Shown here one piece after another: positions 46,132-58,200 of a stretch of DNA of 64,000 bases. The notes beneath the pieces were generated by a model. The model was not told the DNA's origin. It worked only from the letters and a program-made list of their open reading frames with translations, and made no database searches. Location: assembly GCA_977862235.1 (NCBI GenBank), contig OZ374561.1, positions 868,001-932,000 on the forward strand, read 5' to 3'. The stretch comes from Dudresnaya verticillata (lineage: Eukaryota). The position numbers and the translations under genes are program-made. The first letter of the stretch is position 1; each line of letters begins with the position of its first letter.

Positions 46132-49100
46132 TTTGAAATCTAGTGGAAGGCTGTTTGATCCGAATTGATCCTGTGATCTAATTTGATGCCGGTTACACCC
46201 AATGGCAGCCGGCCATGCTCAATGGTGTAACTGGTCCAGAATGGCAGGTTCTGTCTGGTTCCATTACAAACCCTCATCGAATAGCATTTGGAAACGATCC
46301 GACCGGCGATCTCCGTTGCACAGCGGAGCCGCACGAGATGAGATTGGCGCAGCTGGGGGTTCCCCCTCGCAAACCTCACCCTATATCTATCGAACATCAT
46401 GTTACCAACACGTTACTACGGTCTCTCGCCATCGATACCGAAACTCTCTGCCGAACGTCTCACTGAAGATAATCGCCTTACGACGAGGCCGACCACGTCA
46501 CCGTCAGCCCGGACGGAATGTCGTCCGTACGGGGCAAGTTGACACGAGACGGTGCGGGTATTCCACCTTGCAACGCTCGCGCGCATTCCACATGCGGCCG
46601 GTTCGGCGCGCGAGTGCGGGCCGCGCCGCCGCTGACAACGCACCCACCGACCGCCGCACCTCTTGCAAGCAGGTCGCCCGACCAGTCTGATGACTTGCAC
46701 GCAATGCGATGCGACGCGCCCTTCCGGCAGCGTGGCGCACGCCCCAACGTGTTTTTGGCAGCAACCCCAATGACATACATCGCTGGTTGTCAGCTCCCGC
46801 TCGGCTCGCCCACATCGAGTTCTGCCGCGATCTTGCTAGCTTCCTACCTCTCCTGCTGACCAACGTGACATGCCTGGCGGGCCGTGTGTGCATGTGTCCC
46901 GTGCTGTTGTCAGCCAAAATGTGAGCATAGCTTGCGAGTTTCCGCGGGCTCAGCTCTATTTCGCAGGCTCTTGGTCACGCGTTCGAAACAGGAGGAAATG
47001 AGTAGCGGTGCGTCGATTTCGGCCGGATGCGATCTTCAAAGATGGTTGTGCTATTTGTACCGCACAACGAAAACTGTACTCGTTGTACGGCACACCAAAG
47101 ACCCTCTTTCAGAGGCGCAAATTTACGGGCAAAAAGGTTAAACAACCGCTTGCAAGGTTCTGCACATCCGCGATTATCTTCGTCCACGTCGATAATATTG
47201 CAACTTGTCGAAGATGACCGGCGTATTGCGGGCACAGCACATCTAAAAGCTTTCACGGATCAACCCATGGCGCGGCAAAGAGCTGCGGGAAGAAACTTTT
47301 CACAACCGTCCTAACATGGGATAGGAATGAAATGTGGAGCCACTGGCACACATTATTCGTATATGCTCTATTCACTGGCTCGACAATCCATTCTCTGCAA
47401 TGGTAGGAGGCAAAAGGAGCGGGGGTGGAGATGGAGTCGAGCCCCTGGTAGTTGGACTGCAGTCTTTTGATGTCTCTTGAACACAGCCATTGTGAAGGTG
47501 GCCCATCTCTTCCCCCAAACAGTTGCCCTTCACTTTCATGCGTGTTCGGACGGTCACGACTCTGAACCCAAGAAGCTGCAGACCAGCTCGTTCTTCTCCC
47601 ACTTGTCGCCGAAAACGAGAACAAGTCGCAATGGCACTGAACTGGTTGTTTTGCAGGAGCTATTCACAGCGCAATAACGCACAGCTCAACGGGAGCCCAG
47701 AACCATGTACATTGACCGTATCCATCGACAAATACAAGTACAGGCGTCAAGGACATCTGTCGTTCTTTGCCGAGAGCGTGTTTCATGAGTGCGTGGACGG
47801 CTTGCCGCCTTGCAAGGTGCAAGTTTCTACGGAAAGCAAGTGGACAGTATCTGTTGGTGTTGGACCTGTTACATAATACTTCTAAACCGTGTTCACTCTC
47901 CTCGAGAGGCATTGCACGCGTATCAGTGTGCATGTCTAGGCTAATCCCACAAGAGCGGCGATCTGGAACACAGCGTCGGAATATCCCGAAGATTGCTGCA
48001 CGCAGAATATCGCAGCTTGACAAATATGTTTCTACCACTATTGGCTTTCCTCGATCCTTCAATTCTGACAATGCCGCTGCAATAGCAGTTGTCGCCATAC
48101 ATGTCACATGGCTGGGATGCGATGCACAGCACATCAGCACATATATAAGGTTGTGAGTACGGAACAGACTTGCACCTTTTGATTCGTATTCATAGAGTCT
48201 TACTGCCTGTCGCCTTTCGACAGAGTGCCATATGGTTTTCCTTGATCCTTTTGACAACGCATCCTTATGGATCATGGAACTGAAGAGACTGTGATTATGT
48301 GCCCAGGAACAAAAAGCTTTGGGAGTTGTTGTCATGCCAGCAGGCCAGTTTCAGCTACTAGAAATTTCAGGAGATAAATCCTGTGTAATGGCTCTGTTCT
48401 GTCAACGGATGCCAGCGCAAGTGGCTCAACAGTATTTTTTTCTATCGAGAGAGAAGAATGCATATGCGTTTGAGTCGATAAAAAGCTCAGAACTGCGGCC
48501 TGGGGCGCCTTGGCAACAGCCGCTCACACAAGAGGCCAACAGCCACGGTCTTGTGGTACTTCTTTGAAGCCATTTTCTCACAGTAACACTCTACTCATGA
48601 TAGGCGATTGGTTGGGGGCATTGTCAGGATTCCAGTGTTACCGAGTTGCCGAAAGTAAGCTCTTGCGGTGCACAGCGGGCTCAAACTTGGGTGCAATTAG
48701 GAGATGAACGCCACGAAGCCCCAACGAAATAAGCTGATTAGTGCCGTTATGGTTCGGAATGAACAGCACATGTTTGCAAGTACGACTTATTCACACGTTC
48801 TCACAGATGCTATTTGGAGAAAAGCACTGCAGGACTTTGTTGCTTACTACACGTTCCATTCTTCGGGCATGGGACAGGGTGAATGGCGGGGATCGCGACT
48901 AGGCAGAATGAAGACCCTGTTGCACAGAAAATGTTCCCATCGCATCTATACAGAGCACGCTTACATGTGTGGAAAACAAAACGTTTAAGATTGTTGATGA
49001 AGTACGGACCACAGAGCAAAAGGCCGTTAACCCGGTCAAGGCATGCGTGGCTCGATTTGACAGCGGCTATGCAGGGAAAGCTTACATATTCGGAAAAGAA

Positions 49101-49943
49101 GACGTCCACAATTGTGACTGGGACGGCACAAAAAGAGATGTTTTGAAACCCCTCGCCAGGCCGCAGCTGGCTTTAGCTCGGACATCATTTTGTGCTGCTG
49201 GCGTGAGCTCTCCACGCGCGGTTGCGGCTGAGTGGATAACTGGCGACTATGCACGTGCATTGTTATTAGCTTCTTCAGGGCGGGCTATGGACTCTACGAC
49301 TGGACAGGCCGCGACAATGACAGCTTTGTGTAACTCGTAGATACAAGATGCTTGATGCAACAAATAGACGGTCAGAAATCGGGCGTGGGTCAGTACTCTT
49401 TCCAGACAACGTGGCCCACGGCTCGCAACGAAATGCTGGGTGACAAGAGCTAAGGCGCTGACAAAGCCGGGCGGGCTGCAAGAAGAACAGTGCAATGCGG
49501 TGGCCGCGGCTAACGGCTGCGCGTCTCGCCGAGCACAACTCTACCAGGCACCCATCCATCGGCTCACGAAGGCCGGCGTGTTGCGATGCGACAAGCTGGT
49601 CGTGTGACTCGACGTCGGCCGTGGCAGCGCTTTTGTTTCGACAGCAGGGCAAGAATAGAATGCGTGCAAGTCGCCAAATGTCTGGCAGAGCAGATGTCCT
49701 TGCTGTGCTGGAAGCTGTGTAATCTGACACTTTGATGCCAAAATTTCCACCAGCGCGTCTGCTCTGCCAATCGTGAGCTGCGGCATGCACAGCCTTCCAC
49801 GCGTGTTTGCGAATCGCAATTGCTGCGTTCCACCCCCACTTCCCAGCGCAAAGCTTTCGGCCTGCCGCGCGCTCAACGCCTGTACAAAAACCGGCCCGGC
49901 GCTGCGCCCGCCGCCCGCACCAACGCACGACCAAGCGGCGGCG

Positions 49944-49984
49944 CCCAGCTCCGCCCAGCTCCGCCCAGCTCCGCCCAGCTCCGC
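49944..49984. repeat. 10-bp tandem repeat (CCCAGCTCCG x4)
   Basis: Seen directly in the leader of the 50060 ORF. Confidence 0.8.
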
Positions 49985-50059
49985 GCCGACGACCCAGCTG
50001 CAGCCGCAGCAGCACCGGCAGCGGCAGCCGCGGCGCGCGCAGCAAGCACTGCTTTCGCG

Positions 50060-50722
50060 ATGACGCGCGCGGCGACGGCGGCGACAGGCGCGGCAGGGTC
50101 TCGCGGCGGGCGAGCGACGATCACGGCCGGGCGCGGCGCGCGCGCGCAGCGCAGCGCCGGCGGCGCGGCGCGCGCGCCCAAGCCGCGATCGGGGGCGGCG
50201 GCGGCCGCCGCGGCCGCGCGCGGCGCGCGCCAAACGGCGCCGCCCGACGTGCGGCTGCCGTGCAACCTGCTCGCGGACGGCGCGGACGCGGGGCTGGGGG
50301 CCACGCGTGAGGAGGGGCTGCTGGCGCGGCATGAGGCGGAGCTGGTGGCGCCGCTTGAGGCGGAGCTGGCGCCGCTGCATGAGGCGGAGCTGGTGCCGCT
50401 GCATGAGGCGGAGCTGGTGCCGCTGTATGAGGCGGAGCTGGTGGCGTCGCATGAGGGCGAGCTGCCGCTGCCGCTGCCGCCGCCGCTGCCGCCGCCGCCG
50501 GCGCACGAGGAGGAGGAGGGGCTGCGCACGCCGCCCGGACAGGTGCTCCGCAGCGGGTCGGTGACGATGCCGTCGGCGCCTCGGGTGGGTTGCAAGACGG
50601 GGCCAGAGGTGTTTATGCCGGAGCTGGTTCTTGGGCAGATGGTCGGGTGGATGTACTTGGGGGATGGGGGGGATGTTGGGGGTGCTGCTGGGTGGTCGTC
50701 GTCGTCGGAGGAGGAAGCGTGA
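50060..50722 (+). CDS. 220-aa low-complexity protein with HEAELVPL repeats
   Basis: ATG 50060 is in frame with track ORF 49820-50722. Near-absolute G/C third positions, C-rich leader upstream and a GT-rich 3'UTR-like tract after TGA 50722. Confidence 0.55.
   Translation: MTRAATAATGAAGSRGGRATITAGRGARAQRSAGGAARAPKPRSGAAAAAAAARGARQTAPPDVRLPCNLLADGADAGLGATREEGLLARHEAELVAPLEAELAPLHEAELVPLHEAELVPLYEAELVASHEGELPLPLPPPLPPPPAHEEEEGLRTPPGQVLRSGSVTMPSAPRVGCKTGPEVFMPELVLGQMVGWMYLGDGGDVGGAAGWSSSSEEEA
50330..50464 (+). repeat. 24-bp coding minisatellite, about 5.5 copies
   Basis: Consensus CATGAGGCGGAGCTGGTGCCGCTG, encoding HEAELVPL. Confidence 0.9.
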
Positions 50723-51385
50723 AGGGGTAAGTAAGTAGGTTTTCTATGTATTGCATGTTGTATGTACAGTATTGTGCGAAGTTGAGTTTTGTGTTTTGCT
50801 TTTGCTTTTCCTCGAATGAAGGTAGTAAGCCGTTGTCGGAGTCGGGTATGGCCATTGGGTGTTACTGAGCAGTGCGCATGCGTAAGGCGCCGCGGTCCTT
50901 TCGGGGTACGGCCGCGGCTGACACGGCGTCCGTGATGCGGTGCGCTTCACCTGTGCAGCATATTGGCGGCGTTGCAAGGGCCGCACGCCCGCAACCGCCG
51001 CGCGCGCCCGCCACGGCGCACCGCACGCCAACGCCGCGCGCCAACCGCAAAACCCCGAACACGTCACTCCCGGGCCGCGCCGCGCCGTCCGCGCCGCGCT
51101 GCCATCGGCGCCCCGCTCCTCGCCGGCGCGCGGCTGTCCAAATCCCGCGCGCCGCGCGCCGCCACCGCTCCCCGGCGCCACCGCCGTCGTCGCGCGCGCC
51201 GTCGCCCTGGCGCGCGCGCGCCGACGCCGGCGCAGACGCCGACGCCGACGCCGTCGCGCGCTCGCCGCGCCATCTCGCCAGAGCGGCGATGCGCCGCGGC
51301 CCGACACGGTTGGCGCGGTGCGCCGCACGGTCAGCCCGGCCCAGTCGTACACGCGCCTCGCGTTCGATCCGCATGCATCCTTGCC

Positions 51386-51706
51386 ATGCGTCGCGTGCGA
51401 CCGGGCTACATCTTTGGCCCACCTTTCGTCCGACCCTGCGACGTCTTCGGGCCACCACGCGCCCGACCTGGACGCTTCATCACCTGGCGCATCCGCATGC
51501 GAACGCTTTGCCGCACCGACTCACCAAGGCCAAGCGCCGTCCGATGGCCCGGACAAGCCGCACGGCTTGCGTCATGGCGATGCGCCGCACACTCCAAACA
51601 ACGACTCTCCCTCCGTGTTCAGCGAGAGCAGTGCGCCACGCATGCCATACCCGCAGCAGTATCGTGCCAGTCCGCACCATCAAGAGTCCACTTTCGACGA
51701 ACATGA
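51386..51706 (+). CDS. Candidate 106-aa Arg-rich small protein with an internal VRP..[IV]FGPP repeat
   Basis: MRRVRPGYIFGPPFVRPCDVFGPPRARPGRF...; the repeat copies differ at synonymous positions in this frame. A (CA)n tract follows at 51752-51784. Confidence 0.4.
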   Translation: MRRVRPGYIFGPPFVRPCDVFGPPRARPGRFITWRIRMRTLCRTDSPRPSAVRWPGQAARLASWRCAAHSKQRLSLRVQREQCATHAIPAAVSCQSAPSRVHFRRT

Positions 51707-54053
51707 GGCTCGCTCCATGCCCTTGACAGAGCACCATTACGCTCCGGACTGACACACGCACACACACGCACACACACGCACACACTAAACTAGACCGACT
51801 CCCGCCAGGTGCCATGGTTGTACATTTTTGTGAAGGATTTTTCGCCACCGCGGTTGTTTGCCCATTCTTCTCATGGAGCCGGCTGGACTGCCTCCAGATT
51901 ACGGATGAAACCGGTCTAGTGTGCCATACAGTAGATATGTGGTTGGTAGGGCGTGTGCCTGCGAATGGGCCCTAGTCGCCCGCGCAACCGCGCACGTTAA
52001 AGATTCAATAAAGTACAACATCACACACACACACACACACACATCAAAGCGTTCTAACTTGGCGGTTGTCCAACCGCACAGCACTCCATCTCCCGCGCGT
52101 CATCGTTACCCTTCCGCCCCTTCCAGTCCTTTTCTCCTCCGAGCGCAGGCTGCTATGCCGCGCACTCTCCACCATCCCCTAGTGGAATGCGTGTACGCAC
52201 ATCCACCTTACTGCGATCCTTGGTACTGCTCCATGCGTCGTTCTCCAGCAAGCTGAAACGGCTCGTGTACGTGTCTCGTTTCTTCGTCGTCGTCTTGCTT
52301 TCATCTCTTCTTCTTCTTCTACCATTAAACGATGGCCTTTCTCGTGCGTTCCAACAGTGGCTTTGCGATGATGCGCTTTGCCCCTCACAACCCGTTTGCG
52401 ACTTGATCAGAGTATGCTCTGCGAGTCGCAGAGCCGCGAGTCGCCTAGCATACCGGTCGCAGTCTGCGACCGGCTCAGCATTGCAGTGAACTCTCGATTG
52501 CATTTCCAGTGCTTCGCACGGCACGGGTACATCCTCAGCGTACGGTACACCTATGAATTTTCATCGGGCAACTGAAAAAGAGCGGGACTTCCACATGCCG
52601 CCGGTATGAGCGCTGTCAAAGCAGGTAACGACATTACATTGCATTCTTCATGCTTTCTCTGTCGAGCTGCAGGCAAGGGCTCATGAGCTCATGCACACAT
52701 CCTCATACTGTTAGTTGTCGAGATCTCCCGAGCTATTCCTCTCCTTGCACGTGTGTCAATAACACATCGTACCTTCTCTTTTCTACTTCGAAGGCTTTGC
52801 ACCTCGGACAAGAAGGAAACAGAGTTAACCCCGTGCTCGCATTGCAATTGCGCTTGCCTCTCAGCTACAGGCTTGGCGCAAATTCTGTCTGTCTATCACT
52901 CTTCACAAGAATTGAATCGCACTATTCGGCATACACCCGTAGTCGTAGAAGAGATAGTCGGTTATTCGCCCGTAGTCTCAAAGATGAGCCTGTGACTGGC
53001 TGTCACCAAAACCAAGGAACTGAAAGTTCCACATGTCCCACAGTCCCATGCAGATATACAAGTCCAGAGTATCAACGAGAGCAACGGTTCCAACTTGTCC
53101 ACTGATTTGCTCTTACCATGTGAAGTCTACCAAATATCCGCATCCATTTCGGTGAGGATTGGACCACTTGGACTACATTGTGTGCTCCGTTCCCTGTCTC
53201 CTATGGGAGTGATTTGTTGGTGCCGAAACAGGTTTTCGTCCAAGCTTCGCGCACAACTCGTCGGGCAGCCGACTCTGATTTTGTTGAACAAGTCTTTCGG
53301 TTGTTGCTCGGCTCTCCGTGATTTCGCTTGCTTGATTCAAGCCGTTGCAAGATGTGCAATTCGGGCAAGTCAATGTTTCCTTCGTTTCAACTCATGGCAC
53401 TATACATGTTCAGATTGTTGCACAGATCTTATCTGCTCTTGCCGTCTTTGTTGCGATCACAATGTGGCAACAAACTTGTGATCACCGCGGCCTGAGATCG
53501 AATATTCTTCTTACGACCGTCACATTTCCGGCGTTTGACAGCGTTGCAATGCTCGGGAGTGATGGTGAACAGGGTGCATGCCGCTCATCTGGGTCAGAAT
53601 CGAACCAGAGAACAGCTATGGTCTTTGCGAACTGCGAGAGGGTCCAGAAAGGAAAAATCTGAAGATCATGGCGAAGTTTGCAATGTTTGCAACGTGCTGT
53701 CCAGAAACGAAGTTGGTGGCTGAGGCGCTCCGGTTTCCTGTAGAGTCTCTGTACGGGCGCAGGTTTGCATATTTGCACGAAGATACAGTTGTATCGCGCA
53801 ATCTGCGTGCGCCGTGCTTTTCGCCCCATAGCTGCGGCTCTGCGTGCCAAAAAAGTTGTACCGCTCCTGCGCTGCCGTTTGTGAGGTGCAGAATCACAAA
53901 CTGCTTGCTGTATGCGCAAGACCGGCCGAACTACCGCCTCTTCCGTCGGGCCGCTGCTGCGAACCGCCTATACCAGCGGTCACATTCTCAGCTTGGGTGT
54001 TTCCGTGCCACGGCCGTCGCCTCGCTCGTGCGCGACCTACAGTCTCTCGCCAG

Positions 54054-54115
54054 TCGCACAACCAGTTCCGAGCTCCGACTCTCGCACAACCAGTTCCGAG
54101 CTCCGACTCTCGCAC
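54054..54115. repeat. 28-bp perfect tandem duplication (2.2 copies)
   Basis: tcgcacaaccagttccgagctccgactc x2 plus tcgcac. Confidence 0.9.
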
Positions 54116-54532
54116 CTGCCGCTAGGGAGTACAATTGTATCCCAGTATCGAGAGCTGCGCCGATAATCTTTAATCCTATAATTCTCCGGTAACAATTGCA
54201 ACTGCTGCGAATTGGCGGCATGCCTTCCGTGGCGCTAGCAAGACAGTTTCGAAAACGAGCGAATCCGCTAGCACGGGTGATAATTCGCATCACCGTCACG
54301 TACTGTACTACCGCAAAAGCGAGGATTACTCTCCCTGATACGAAACGCAGCAACCCGTCACGGCAGCCCCAGCGACGTTTGCCTCTACGCGCCCCCCGAA
54401 AGAGAACAAAGTGATTGCGGCATGTGCAAGTTTGCATGTGTGCTCTACAGCTCTGCGGCTCGCATTTGCCCGATGAGAGAGTGGGTGTTGCTTTGGTTTC
54501 GAGTATACCCCCACGAGTCCCCGCCCAAAAGC

Positions 54533-54658
54533 TCACAGGCCCGACGGCAGGCTAGGGCTTTCTTTCGGCCAGACCCAGAGGGCGTATTGCACCTGTACCT
54601 TCTGTAGCTGGGCGGGGGGGCGGTATGGATGAGAAATACGCGGCACCGGAGCGATCAT
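54533..54658 (-). CDS. Candidate 41-aa small ORF
   Basis: MIAPVPRISHPYRPPAQLQKVQVQYALWVWPKESPSLPSGL; divergent from 55143; weak support. Confidence 0.2.
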   Translation of the reverse strand: MIAPVPRISHPYRPPAQLQKVQVQYALWVWPKESPSLPSGL

Positions 54659-55142
54659 GGTGGAACCATGGGGCCACGCTGCCCTATACATGTAGCAGCG
54701 CCACGCTTTCTGCGCACATTGACCAAGGAATGGCGTAGGGCCTGGAGCTGTGCTCTGAAACGCTCGCATGAAAATTTTCTTCAAGTTGACTCGCGGAATC
54801 TTTAAGGGCAGGTGTCCAACCTCGCGCTAAGCCAATGAAGCTGCAAGAGAAACTCTACACCTCGCTCAACTCCCAATTTCAGTCAATACTGAGCGAGTTT
54901 CTCAGTAATATCGCAATTCGCAATGATAGGCGATTTAACCCGTTTTCTGCCTCTTCTCTTACCAGCCCTCTCGAGTTTATAGGAGGCCAAGCGGCTCCAC
55001 ATCGCGACTTCGCGGAATAGTATAAAAACCCGGCTTCTGCAGCGCCGTCGCGCCTGCCTCCCACCTCACCCCCGCCGACCTGCACAAACCCGCACCTCCA
55101 CTTTCTACTCAGTCTTCGCGCCCTTGCACACATCCCCTCGCT

Positions 55143-55277
55143 ATGCCGAACAAAGTCAAGAAGACGAAGCCGAAGCCGATACGACCGTCCAACTGCAACG
55201 GTCATCCTCCCCCGCAGAACGTCGTTCTGCCGAGGCCTCTCGGCCACGACAGTACGGGAGAGCACCGTAGGCACTAG
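55143..55277 (+). CDS. Candidate 44-aa basic Pro-rich microprotein (below the ORF-track cutoff)
   Basis: MPNKVKKTKPKPIRPSNCNGHPPPQNVVLPRPLGHDSTGEHRRH. First ATG after a canonical TATAAAAA (55021-55028) and a C-rich leader. Confidence 0.5.
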   Translation: MPNKVKKTKPKPIRPSNCNGHPPPQNVVLPRPLGHDSTGEHRRH

Positions 55278-58200
55278 CACGGAAGTCGCCTTGGGTCAAT
55301 CCCATGCATCTGTACATAAGAAGGCTATTGCCTCAACTCGGCTACGCCATACTTTTCGGTTGCAGGTCACTGAAAGTTGCAGAAGGGGCGTTGAAGAGTC
55401 CGGAGCCGCGTTTGAGTGTGCCCTTGTATATTATGCTGCATGCTGTGCGGTGCCGAGTGCATTGGTGTGGCGTGTACTACCGTGTCGATCATGAAGCTGT
55501 GCCGTCCTGTTGTGCAGACTCTGTTCACAGCTTCTGTTTCGTGTTCTGCCTCAGGCTTGCTTCGTTCGTGTATTGAAGCGGAGTCTCTGCAAACTCGTTT
55601 TGGAGATGGTGCTTTGTGTCTGCGTCTGAGCAGTCAGCTAGCAATATTGTGTTGTTATCTGTACATGGGTGGCTGCAGCGCGGCCATGTGTCTGCAAATA
55701 TTTGCTCATGGCGTGAATCTTCCTGCAGAGTATCCTTACTAAGCTTTGCCATCCTTCGCACCACCCTTCGACACGGCCGAGGCGCAACGAATCTTGCTGA
55801 ACCCCTTGGGGACTCCTGCGTTGTCAGGTACTGTGCAGTCTGTTGCAACACAGTTCTATGCAGCTATTGCTGCAGTAGTCGAAAAGGTTGCGAATCGAGT
55901 TGCGGAGAACCCCCCTGCTCAATGCGCTGCTGGACAAGGGAGTTATCGATCTTGCATGAAAAAATCACAGTATGTTTGCCTGCTTTCGCGAACAAGTGGA
56001 ACTCTCGTGAAGCCAATAAAGAGACGGGTATAGAGCTTCTTGGTGTTGGCGAAGCCAAGTGTCACTGCCCCCGAAACACGGCTTTCCTGTTGGAGGCTCG
56101 GCAGTATATCCCCTTTTATTCCTCCGCAGCATCTCTAGTGCAATCTCCGGGCTTGCCGGTTGGGACTGTTAATACTGGTGCCCATCATTCTTCCGTGAGA
56201 CTGTACGTAGCGCATCGTAAACTTTGAGCTCAGATATGTTTTTCCCAACCACAAAGCTTGCACCATTGTACAACAGCTTTTTTCTACTGCAGTAGCGAGA
56301 GAGAGAAGACGTCAAACGAGGGGCTCAGTGTGGAGCATGGCCTTTCGCATCTTCTACGCAAAAGAGAAGGCGTTTGAATGGCGCAGGAAAGTCGTTCGAC
56401 ACAGCGGTTTGTGTTGTTCGGGAGATCCTCTACAGTATCATCTTGACCGTGCGATTCGATGACAATCTCCGTTGCTTGTTGTACTGTCATGCATTGTATC
56501 CGTGATTGTTTGCGACATTTGCACCTCTCGAGTACAAAAATACTCTACTTTTTCTCAATGCTAGCAGATCCGGCATCGATTTCACAACACCTTTTGGATA
56601 TCCTCAGTGCTGTGCCGATTTTATGAAGCTTGCTGAGATACCCTTCTTCGCTTAGTACGAGTTTGGACAGGGTGAAAAGACAAAAACTTTGCAATAGTAT
56701 GACACATTCTGGCTATAGAATAACTGGCCTCCTGGCCATAATTACAGTTTTCCAATTTCTCAAGCTCGGGACTGCGATGGATCACCCATCTTGGGAGTCA
56801 TCTGTGATATATGATTTATCTGCTCACTCTCCGCTTCTTTATCAATCAGTAGTTGGGAACACATGCCTCAGAATTATTCATTGAAAACCGCAAAGCGTTG
56901 CAAGGCGTTAAGAAGTATTGAGGTCTGAATGAATCAATCAAAGAGACATACCCGCCCTCAAACGTGTACCTGGCCCCAACATCCTTTTTCATAGGATAGC
57001 GCATTGCTTGAGGGAATTCCTCGTTAGACGTACTGCATCTCGCTGGTCACCCATCATTAAAGCTTTCGGGATCAGCGGGAAATTGTGCTGCGCAATTTCA
57101 CTTTTTCTGTCATTTTCTTGCTCAATCTACCGTAGAGGGGTTTGGGAGAAAAAACTAAAGTGTACTAAAACGGAACCAGTAGACCGAGAAGGTCTAACAA
57201 CGGCCCCGTGTTTAAGTCGAGTGTGCCACATACACCCAAAACTTCCACAGTGCGGCGCAATCTATGTTGCGAAACTGGAGTCATCGTTTTGAACACGCAA
57301 AACTTCGCCCCTACTTGACCGTTTCATTGCGAACCGTATTGGGGAAGATTGAAGGTGGGCACTGGTTGGATTCTGCAAGATCTAGATGTTTTGAAGAAGG
57401 AGTAACTGAATCAAACACACAGATGATACGAGTGGCAAGCGGTGAGGATACACAGTGCGCCTTCTTTGCCAACTGACTCCAGAGTTTTTCAGAAGAGTAG
57501 CCCTTAAGAATTTTGAGTCTAAACTTTTAAACATTATGCGAAGCAAGGGATAGATCAAAAAAGCTCTTCCTGTTCTCACATGAAGTCAGAAACTTTACAA
57601 GATGATTCGTTTCTAGTTTTCTGCTCGTCTTGGCTCGGTTCAGTTCTCCCCGATTCAGTGCTCTCCTTCAGGAGTCATTCTTTGGGCCGAAGTCTTAGCA
57701 GTAAATCTAAATGTGTGATTGAGCTGTGTTCCAATCTACATTTCAGGCGCATCATTTGAGTTGCCGGTGGTTCTTCCACGAACTTATCGGTAGAAGCACT
57801 CGTGGTAACTGCCAATAATATATTTTGTTGGACTGCTGTGCGCTGAAAGAATACCGAAAAACAGCCGTATGAAGACAACGGCCTAAGGATTAGGATAGCT
57901 GCGAGACGTACAATAACATTCCCCATCTTTCCGTATGGATGTATGTGGTGTTTATACAGCTGAGTGATCATGAAATAGCCCTGCATCCATATTGGTGTTT
58001 GGCATTCTTGCTATTTGGTGTCATGTGACAGAGCTGTCTCTCGTGAATGCACATATTGCGGTTTTAACGTCCCGCCAGAGAGAAAACAGTTCGGTAGATT
58101 TGTGCGTGTGGAAAAGAGAGACCTGTCTGTCAGTCTCCACTCTTAACTAAGAGCTTAGTGCATGATCTCAGAATGCGGGGAAGAATCGTTACTTCGAATA

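Noticed and set aside
47664..49340. 223-aa minus ORF and the 94-123-aa plus ORFs nearby
   Set aside because: No recognisable family. They could be decayed gene or transposon remnants, but I cannot support a call.
49873..50855. Minus-strand ORFs (240 aa Ser/Gly-rich; 80 aa MAIPDSD...; 321 aa)
   Set aside because: Antisense shadows of the plus-strand 50060-50722 ORF, which has the better codon bias, leader and 3'UTR-like flank.
52155..52256. 33-aa ORF MPRTLHHPLVECVYAHPPYCDPWYCSMRRSPAS after a (CA)n tract
   Set aside because: Too short, and its similarity to the microprotein motifs is too weak to include.
37428..53787. Exact 14-mer TGCACGAAGATACA at 37428-37441 and 53774-53787
   Set aside because: Several 14-base matches are expected by chance among all position pairs in 64 kb, and there are only two copies.
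54054..54115. 28-bp repeat of CRISPR-like length
   Set aside because: The copies are directly adjacent with no spacers, there are no cas genes and the context is eukaryotic; it is a simple tandem duplication.
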